Origin: an uncultured Clostridia bacterium
GTDB lineage: Bacteria; Bacillota; Clostridia; TANB77; CAG-508
Reading direction: 5' to 3'
Length of the DNA stretch: 64,000 bases
NCBI GenBank assembly: GCA_947632035.1
Contig: CANRNR010000006.1
Location: 376 to 64,375, forward strand
Under the pieces are notes generated by a model. That model was given only the letters and a program-made list of their open reading frames with translations. It was not told the DNA's origin and searched no databases. The position numbers were made by a program, and so were the translations under genes. This document shows positions 27,466 to 36,100 of this stretch, piece by piece (positions within the stretch are counted from its first letter, which is position 1; each line of letters begins with the position of its first letter).

Positions 27466-30400
27466 CTATTTTAATATTCTTTTCTTAATAACAATTGCGC
27501 TTACTGCTACTATTGCTACTATTACTATGCCTAATCCAATGTATAGGTAGTGTGTACCAAATGGTGGTAAAATAACTACATTTTCTGCTTTACTTGCATC
27601 TGGTTCTGCTGGTTCTGCTGTTGGGTCTTGATTTCCTTGTATTGAGTATGCCATTCTTCTACCTACTGTATTTGAAATTGATACTATTTCTGCAATGTTA
27701 TCATATGATAAATCATCTGATGTGTTTTCTGAGGTTATTGTTTGTGTTAATATTAGTTTTGTATTTGCTACGCTACTATTTACATTTCCGCTTCCTACTG
27801 GAACTAAATCTTTCTTCAATGAATCTGTAGTAATAATTGTATTATATTTTCCGTTTATTTTTTCTTCTTGCAATTTTGCATTTACATATCCATTTGCACT
27901 AATATCTGATTGAGTAATTTGGTTCCAATTCCATGTTGCATTTTGATCTTTTATAAATTTCAAATTATTTGGTACATAGTCTAAAGTTAAGTCTGCTGAT
28001 GTCTTTACAATATTATCTTTATTAGCTACTTTTCCTATATAGTAGAATGATGTTTCATTGTAGTCTTCTTCACCTATATTTGTAACTGTCATGTCATATG
28101 TTATTTCTATTGTTGCTCCATGCATTATTTCTTCGTCCATTGTTACTTGGATTAATCCTTTATTACCAGTTACCTTTGTTGCTACTCTATCTAATACTGC
28201 TTGTCTAAAGTCATTGTATCTTGTGTAATCACTATATACTCTTTCTGGATTAGATGCATTTGGTCCTACTGTATCATATTCTGTATTGTTTTTCATATCA
28301 TTTATATTGTAGCTTTCTTTTGGTTGCCAGATTAGATCTTCTACACTTTGTGTTGCATCAAATAATACTGTTCTATCTGCAAGTGTTATTTTTATATTGC
28401 TTACTTTCTTGTCTAATTCTAATCCTGCTTTTGGTCTTTCTTCTAATCCGAAGTCTAAGTTTTGTATTACATAGTTTCCATTATATTCATTTCCATTAGC
28501 ATATTTCATATCGTCTGAATTGTTGCTTTCTTTATTGCTTCCTACTGAAAACTCTCTGTTATACTCTACTTCTACTCTTATTACACCTGTTTCTGCTGTC
28601 ATTTCTTCATATTTAACAGTTCCATCTGCATTCTTTTTGCCGTATGCTTGTTCTTCTGCCATAGTGTTTGTTACACTATGTGCGTATTTATTATTTACGC
28701 CTTCTCTTATGCTCCAAATGTCTTTTGCATCTGATACTCTTAATCCAAATTCATCTGCTTTAGCAATATCATAGCCATATGTAGCTGATTCATTTTGTCC
28801 GTTTAAATCTGTATATCCTACATATCCTAGTACGTCGTCACCACTAATATCTGTTCTTCCGTTTTGGTCTATTTTTGCTCCTGTAGATAAATTCATTTGA
28901 TAGCTTGTTGATTTATAGTCTTGTGCATTGTATATTTCTTTATTAAAAGCTGTTCCTCCGTATGTAAATTTTACTATATAATCTCCTGGTATATATCCTT
29001 CAATTTCATATTCTCCCAATACTCGTGTTGTAGCTGTTGCATCTCTAAATTCTCCACTTGCAAGATCATATATTTTTGCTACATTTGGATCTACTGTTAC
29101 TGTTCCATCAGGTGCTTTAGTTACTTCATGTAATTCTACTCGTATGCCTTCTACTCCTACTTCACCCTCTTCTTTTAAACCATTTCCTATAAGTGCATTT
29201 GTATCACCTGGTGAATATGTTCTCTTGTCTTCCCATACTGTACCATTTATTTTTCTTGTTAAACTGTTATCTGCATATATTCTAATTTCTTTTGCTCTAT
29301 CTGTATCGTCTTCAAAATTATGCTCATAAATTTGTTGTCCTTGTGGTGTTGATTGTATTGCTCTTAATGTAGCATCATTAAAGTTACCTGGGTTAGAATC
29401 CTTATCTATTATACCAGCATGGTCATTTGAAGATTTTGTAATTCCGTTTGGTAATACTTGTCCATTATTGTACCATGTTGAGTATCCATTTACTTCTGCA
29501 ATATTTTTCTTTGAACTATTTTCATCATTATCTAGAAGTAGGCTATAATCTGAAGCTCTTCCTAATTTAAATGTTAAGTAGATATATCCAGTTCCTCCTG
29601 TTGATAACTTGTTGTCTTTTAATCCATTGATATAAATTGTCTTATATCCTAAGTTTCTTAGTTCATCATTATATCTTGTATTTTCTGAATACATTCCAGT
29701 ATCACTTGATTGTACTGGTTTATATTTGTCATTATTTGTTGCATAACTTTCTTTTCTATAAAGTTCGTTTGCTCCATTTAAACCATTTTCTTCTATAATT
29801 TTTAAGTATTCTTTATCACTAACATTATTTATTTTTCTATCATCTTGTTCTCCTTTGTACATTACCCATGACATATTAGGCATAAATACATAATCTTCAT
29901 CATAGTAATCTACTACTTCATCTACTTGTGCTAGTAATGATGCTGTATTTCTAATTGATAATTTATATGTAACATATACATCTAATCTCTTACCTTGTGT
30001 ATTTTCTAAATCCACCTTAGTATCTGCTGGGTATAATTCTCTATTATATGTAGGTGAATAGTATGCTGCATAATCTGAAATTCTCGCACTAATTTCCCAA
30101 TATCTTTCATCATCTTCGTCATCACCATTGTATGTATATGTTTGTGTTTGTCCATTTATTGTTAATGCTGCTTTATATACATCTTTTGTAAGTGATAAGT
30201 CGTTTTGTGATCTTCTTACTAAACCTAAGTTTATATAATTTGCTCCACCATCAAGTAATGTATAATGATAAATGTTAATAGTAACTTCTACCTCTTTATA
30301 TGTTCCATCTGGTTGTAAAACTTGCTTAACATATGTAGAATGTTCTTCTGAATCTAAGTTATTAGTAAATTGGTTTAAAGTCAAATAGTTATCATATGTA

Positions 30401-33111
30401 CTAGTATCTTCACTACTTTGTGGTTTAGTATATGCTGACATTTTACAATCTTCAATAAATTGTAATTTCTTAGCAGTTTCTACATTACCATTTACTATTC
30501 TTAGATATATATTTCTTAATTCTTGATCATTAGGGAATCTATAGCTTCCTGGTGTAATTCCATCTCCCATAATAAACTGTTTAATTGCCTCAGTTACTAT
30601 ACCTTCTTGATATTGATTAGTTTCTATTCCTTGTTCATCATATAAATATCCATCTAATAGTTGTTTTGATCTATCGTAATAATATTTTCCATCTGTTCCT
30701 AAAGTATAACCCATTAAATCTAATCTACTAAAGGTTGTGTTATATGTATCTTGAAGCAATCCTAATGAATTAGTTGTTACATAGTTTTCTGGGTATGACT
30801 CAATTGTTCCAAATCTGTTATCATATGCAGTTTTTTCACTATTTTTTTCTGTTGCTTTTGAAGTTCTTTGCCATGCATCTGTATTATACAATCCGCTATT
30901 AATCATATCTTCTATATTATAATAATTAGGTTTGTTTTTGTCTATGTTTCCTTCTACATCTATATTTGTTAAATAATCAGTTGGCATATATATTTGTCCA
31001 TCATATTCGAATTTAACATAGTATTTTCTCATTGGGTCTAGCCCTCTAAATTCATATTTACCATTTTCATCTGTATATGTTGGGTTTATATATGCATACA
31101 TATTTGAAGCTGTTTTTCTACTTGTATTTATTGGCCAAGCTAATTCGTTAGTATCTGCAAAATATAGTGTTACTTTTATATTTTTAAGACTTATATCTTC
31201 AGAACCTGGAATATCAGTTGTATTACGTCCATCACGTAAGCTTTCTTTTCCTACTCCAGCATCCTCCCATACATTTCCACCTAAGTTAAATGAAAAGTCA
31301 TAAAAATCATATACCTCATAGTCATCATCATCATCGTCATCGTCATTATCATCATCTCCTGGTGGTGGAGGTGGTGGTGGTGTATCATCATCATCTTCTG
31401 GTGGTGTTGGAATTGAAGCATTTAAATCTAATTCTTGTTCATAAAGTAATCTATTTGCATCTGGTATCATTACTTCTTGTTGATCTGTTGAACTAATTGA
31501 AACATTTATTTTACATCCATAAGCTGTTTCATCAACAACTTTTGTTCCATAATGCCCTGCAACATGATCCCAGCTATATCCATCATTTGAATCTGGCTTT
31601 GTAGTTGTTGTTATTGTAGTGCCGTTTTCATCAGTTCTTTCCCAATATTCGTCTATCCAATTGTCTTTGTCTTCAACTGTTTTGGTATGCTTTGTAGTTC
31701 CATCATAGCAATCTCCAGTATGCTCGTATACTTTTTCATTAGCAGTTAGTGTAGCTGTATATTGTTTACCTTCTAATATTGCTGCTTCACCAGATGCTAA
31801 CATATATTGAAATTTTACTTTTACAGAAATAGATGTTACACATTGTTCTTCTGAAGTTTTTCCAACATTTGGGTTACTTATTGTTACGAAAAACTGTTGT
31901 CCTGATTTTGGATATACTTGTTTATTAGTATCTACTAGTTCACTTCCTGATGGAGTGAAGAATTGTAAAGAGCTTCCTCCTCCGTATCCTCCTGTTGCAC
32001 CATCTCCAAGCATAATACTTGAAATTGGAAGTTGTCCTATACAAGCTCCAAATGAGTTATATCCCATTACATACATTTCTGTAATTCCTGCAAAAGATTT
32101 TCCTCCATCAAAAGCTGTTCCATCATCAACATAGGTCATACTAAATGGTCCAAAGGTATAATTTCCTGTTGCCATATCAACTCTAGGGAAAACTCCTGAT
32201 GATGTGTTTTGTGGATTTAATCCACCATTTGCTTCTACTTTATTATGATATTCTGCATAACGAAGTGCTTCGTTTGTAAGTCCATCTGCAGCACCTCCTA
32301 CTTCAGGGTTAGGATATTCTTCTGTTCCTGTACCTACAATTGCGCTTCCATCTGCACTTTCATAACCACCTGTTGCTTCATTAAATACTTGTTTTCCTCT
32401 TAAATTCCAGATTGCATATTGTTTTTCTTCTGTCCATTGTCCTTTTGGATCAGATGATACTATATATGCCATAGCTGGACTTAATTTTATTACTTCTTTT
32501 GTAGAAAATAGTGGTGGTGTTACTATTTTTGATGGCATTGTTACTTTAGTATGCTCTACTAATTCTACTTTTTCTACTGTGTTATAATAGTCAGTCTCAC
32601 CTGTATTGGTATTATACCAAGGTGTTTGTGAGATTTCTTTCCATGTTATTTTAGCATGTCCATATTCTGGTAGTTTTGTATTTGTAGTACATTTTGATTC
32701 TTTAAACTGTGATGCTAAACCTTGTAATTCAGTTTTTGTAAAATATCCTCCACCAGATTTTCTAGTTCTTAATCCTGGTGTTACATGTCCTTGTTTTGGC
32801 TCTATACAATAAACTTCGTAACCTTCAATTAGAGGAGCTAAATCACCTGGTCCTAATTCTAAACATGGTAAATCTTTTGCACCTGCTGGAACATTAAACT
32901 TTGAATATGGGTCGCCAGATACTAATGTACCTGCACCATCTGGTACTATTTCTACGCCATATTCATCTTCATTTGGTACAATTTCTACGTCAGGATCGGT
33001 AACAGCTTTTATTCTATCAATTGTTAATTGTAATATTCCTACTATAATTAATGTTACCATTATCATTAGTATACTTACTCTAAAGATTTGTTTCATCTTT
33101 TTAGTTCGCAT
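27466..33111 (-). CDS. Giant (1881 aa) surface protein, copy A: signal-anchor, candidate thioester domain, Asp/Pro linker, SdrD-B/Cna-B-like and DUF11-like stalk, C-terminal ILPPFG + TM + KKRILK
   Basis: SD AAAGGAGAGGAGG upstream, 22 nt after the stop of 33134..38419. Motifs: EVYCIEP (Cys102) and EEKQYAIWN (Gln231); GGNVWEDAGVGKESLRDG...YTDENGKYEFRGL; NGTVWEDKRTY...GEYEIEGYIPGDYIVKFTYGG; HGATIEITYDMTVTNIGEEDY. Confidence 0.85.
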   Translation of the reverse strand: MRTKKMKQIFRVSILMIMVTLIIVGILQLTIDRIKAVTDPDVEIVPNEDEYGVEIVPDGAGTLVSGDPYSKFNVPAGAKDLPCLELGPGDLAPLIEGYEVYCIEPKQGHVTPGLRTRKSGGGYFTKTELQGLASQFKESKCTTNTKLPEYGHAKITWKEISQTPWYNTNTGETDYYNTVEKVELVEHTKVTMPSKIVTPPLFSTKEVIKLSPAMAYIVSSDPKGQWTEEKQYAIWNLRGKQVFNEATGGYESADGSAIVGTGTEEYPNPEVGGAADGLTNEALRYAEYHNKVEANGGLNPQNTSSGVFPRVDMATGNYTFGPFSMTYVDDGTAFDGGKSFAGITEMYVMGYNSFGACIGQLPISSIMLGDGATGGYGGGSSLQFFTPSGSELVDTNKQVYPKSGQQFFVTISNPNVGKTSEEQCVTSISVKVKFQYMLASGEAAILEGKQYTATLTANEKVYEHTGDCYDGTTKHTKTVEDKDNWIDEYWERTDENGTTITTTTKPDSNDGYSWDHVAGHYGTKVVDETAYGCKINVSISSTDQQEVMIPDANRLLYEQELDLNASIPTPPEDDDDTPPPPPPPGDDDNDDDDDDDDYEVYDFYDFSFNLGGNVWEDAGVGKESLRDGRNTTDIPGSEDISLKNIKVTLYFADTNELAWPINTSRKTASNMYAYINPTYTDENGKYEFRGLDPMRKYYVKFEYDGQIYMPTDYLTNIDVEGNIDKNKPNYYNIEDMINSGLYNTDAWQRTSKATEKNSEKTAYDNRFGTIESYPENYVTTNSLGLLQDTYNTTFSRLDLMGYTLGTDGKYYYDRSKQLLDGYLYDEQGIETNQYQEGIVTEAIKQFIMGDGITPGSYRFPNDQELRNIYLRIVNGNVETAKKLQFIEDCKMSAYTKPQSSEDTSTYDNYLTLNQFTNNLDSEEHSTYVKQVLQPDGTYKEVEVTINIYHYTLLDGGANYINLGLVRRSQNDLSLTKDVYKAALTINGQTQTYTYNGDDEDDERYWEISARISDYAAYYSPTYNRELYPADTKVDLENTQGKRLDVYVTYKLSIRNTASLLAQVDEVVDYYDEDYVFMPNMSWVMYKGEQDDRKINNVSDKEYLKIIEENGLNGANELYRKESYATNNDKYKPVQSSDTGMYSENTRYNDELRNLGYKTIYINGLKDNKLSTGGTGYIYLTFKLGRASDYSLLLDNDENSSKKNIAEVNGYSTWYNNGQVLPNGITKSSNDHAGIIDKDSNPGNFNDATLRAIQSTPQGQQIYEHNFEDDTDRAKEIRIYADNSLTRKINGTVWEDKRTYSPGDTNALIGNGLKEEGEVGVEGIRVELHEVTKAPDGTVTVDPNVAKIYDLASGEFRDATATTRVLGEYEIEGYIPGDYIVKFTYGGTAFNKEIYNAQDYKSTSYQMNLSTGAKIDQNGRTDISGDDVLGYVGYTDLNGQNESATYGYDIAKADEFGLRVSDAKDIWSIREGVNNKYAHSVTNTMAEEQAYGKKNADGTVKYEEMTAETGVIRVEVEYNREFSVGSNKESNNSDDMKYANGNEYNGNYVIQNLDFGLEERPKAGLELDKKVSNIKITLADRTVLFDATQSVEDLIWQPKESYNINDMKNNTEYDTVGPNASNPERVYSDYTRYNDFRQAVLDRVATKVTGNKGLIQVTMDEEIMHGATIEITYDMTVTNIGEEDYNETSFYYIGKVANKDNIVKTSADLTLDYVPNNLKFIKDQNATWNWNQITQSDISANGYVNAKLQEEKINGKYNTIITTDSLKKDLVPVGSGNVNSSVANTKLILTQTITSENTSDDLSYDNIAEIVSISNTVGRRMAYSIQGNQDPTAEPAEPDASKAENVVILPPFGTHYLYIGLGIVIVAIVAVSAIVIKKRILK
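31316..31410 (-). repeat. Low-complexity coding tract for the Asp/Pro linker (PTPPEDDDDTPPPPPPPGDDDNDDDDDDDDYEVYDFYDF)
   Basis: Runs of (tca/tcg)n and (ggt/gga)n on the plus strand. Confidence 0.8.
32419..32808 (-). other. Candidate thioester-domain core in copy A (Cys codon 32806-32808, Gln codon 32419-32421)
   Basis: YC(I)E plus ..KQYAIW.., 129 residues apart, match the [YF]C[ILV][EDQ] and (T)QxA[IV]W motif pair of TIE/TQXA thioester adhesins. Confidence 0.5.
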
Positions 33112-33133
33112 TTTATTTTTCCTCCTCTCCTTT

Positions 33134-36100
33134 TTAGTTTACTTTCTTTGTTAATACTCGTTTTTTGATTTCATATATTCCAAATGCTAATACTGCTAAT
33201 ATTACTACTATTAAAATTGATCCTACTACTAATTTACCAGTTACTACTGATAACACAATATCTGCTTTTGATATATCATCTTCTTGTGATATATTATTTC
33301 CTGCTACTGAATCTAAATCTTCTCTTCCTTCTTCATTATAGCTTTCATATATTTCTGCATTATTGTTTATAATGTTTCCTATGTTTTTATCTGTTATATT
33401 AAAGCTTAATACTAATGTTACTTCTTTGCTTTCTCCAGGATTTATTATTGTATTTGCTAAGCTTGTGTTAAATACATCTTGATTGTTGCTTGCTAAATAC
33501 CAATCACTATTTACTTCTGACATAAACATTGCATCTTCTGGTAAGTAATCTATTAATTTTCTTGCATATCCTGGTATTTTTCCTTCGTTTGTTACTCTTA
33601 TTTTGTATTCTACTATTATGCTACTCTTGTTTACGTTGTTTCCTAATATTTCTACTTTTGCTAATTTTTCATTATTATATGGTGTTACTCTTGTTCCTAT
33701 TGTTGGAGTTGTTAATGTTATTTTACTTACATATTTATCTAGTCTTAAATCAAATTTTTCTGCTACATATAAACCTATATCGATATCTCTTACATTTGAA
33801 TCTGTAATCTTTACTATGTTTGTAATACCTGCAACTCTCTTTTCTCCATCAAATACAGTACTTATATCTATTACATCTGAATTTAATCCTTCATCTACAC
33901 CTTCTGCTTTATATTTAGTTAGACTGTAGCTTGATGCATCATATAAGAATAATACTAAGTATTCTCCTTGTGGAATATTTGCAAATTCGTATGTTCCATT
34001 ATTTGATGTTGTAGTTCTTTTTGGTTCGTTTGTATTTATATCGTTTACAACCATGTTGTTTACTTTATTTAATAATACAACTGGTATATTGCTTAAAAGT
34101 TTTTCTGTGTCATCACGTTTTCCATCTTTATTTTCATCTAACCATGCAGTTCCTGCTATTTTATATTTAGGTGTTGTTGGCGATGTAGTTGTTCCACCTT
34201 GATTTGGGTTTGATGATGGTTCTTGGTGTAATTCTTCATTATATTCTATTGTGTTTGTTACTGTGTTTGTTTGTACTTCTTCAAAATATTGAGCTGAAAC
34301 TTTTACTGTATTTTTAACTTGCTTGTCTTCTTGATTTAATACTTTTGCTCTTACAGTAATAGTTATGCTTGCACTTGCTCCAACAGGTAGTTGTGAAATA
34401 ACAGTTCTAGCTGTATTATTACTTATATTAGTAATATGTTGTACACCTGAATCAGTTGTATAAGATAATTCTGTAAATAAAAGTTCATCAGGTATAACAT
34501 CTTCTATCTTAATATTTTCTGCAATTATGTCTCCTATATTTTTGATGTCAAATTTATATGTAATTGTTTCTCCTTCTTTTACATATCTTGGTGTTGTTGT
34601 AAGTTCAGATATCTCTAGTTTTACTTTTGCTGATTCATACTCTAAAGTATTTGAATAATGTTCTTCTCCTTCAGCACTTTTTGCAATTGCTCTCATAGAA
34701 CTTACTCCGTCAAATTCTTTTCCTTCTAATGTTATACGTATTACTTGTTCTGTAGTAGTTAGAGTGTCTATTTTTACTTGTAATGTATGTGTATTCTTAT
34801 CATAACTAATAGTATTTCTACTTGTTACTCCATTTTCTTGTTCTAATGTTGCTTCTTTATAATTAGTTCCTGGTAATAATGGAATATTTACTGTTACATC
34901 TTTTAATTCACTTTCGCTTCCTATATAACTTATATTAACTCTATATTTTGTTTCTTGTCCTTTTAATAGTGGTGTACTATCTTCAATGCTTCCTATTAAT
35001 TGTAATTTTATTTCTCCATCTTTTATTGTATTTTTATATTCATTTGAAGGAATACCATTTTGCATTTGGTCTCCGATGATAGTAACTTTGCTTGTAAATT
35101 CAGTTTCTGGTAGTTTACCATCTTCTAGTTTTTTAACTGTTCCATCTTCGTCATCTATATATATGTTTCCATCACTATCTTTATAAGTTTTTGGCTTTGG
35201 AATTGAATTATCTATTTTAATATAATAGCTTTTTGTTATAGTTTCTCCTGGTTTTATTGTTCCTATATCGATTGTTTTTTCATCAGCTACCTGCTCAGAA
35301 AATCCCATATTATATGTATAAACTGAAAATTTTGCATATTCTGGTTTTGGAATATTTAATTTTGCATTTGTAACTGCCATGTCTCCTGTATTTGTTACAG
35401 TTACATTCATTTTTACTGTTTGTCCTTCTCTTATTACATCTGCTGTAGATTCTAGTTTTACATCTAATTCTGGTCCTTCACCAGTTGTTAAGGCTATTAC
35501 TGGTGACTCTTTTGTTTCTTCTAAGCTTCCTACTTCTGATGTGTTTGTATAATATATTTTATACATCTCATAGCTACTATTATTATAACTTAAGTTTGCT
35601 GGTACTTCTATATCATAGCTAAATGCTATTACTTCTTGTTCATTCATTTCGTAGCCTTCGTTTGCTACTATCATGTATGATTTTGCTTCTTTGCTGAAGT
35701 TTTCTGTCCATCCATTTTCTGCATCTTCTAAGTTTGAATTTGCATCTACTTTATTTGAATAATATACTTTATAATTTTCTAAACCTGTTACTTTTATTTC
35801 TGAATTTATTACTGCATCAAATGTTGAACCTAATTCTTCTTCTGAATCTATTTTTCTATTATCCTTTGATGGTAATCTTCCTAATATTTTTAAGTCTGTT
35901 ATTTTGTTTCCATAATTATTTACTACTGTTCCTGTTACTGTTGCTACTTTTTTATCACTATATGTTTCTATTTGTACTTCTTCTGTTTTATCTGATATTG
36001 ACATTACTTCTTTACTATTTTGAGCATAATTTGCTATTGCATTGGCTGATACTACTCCAGTTGGTGCTACAAAATTTACTTTTGTTTCTACTTGTCCTTG

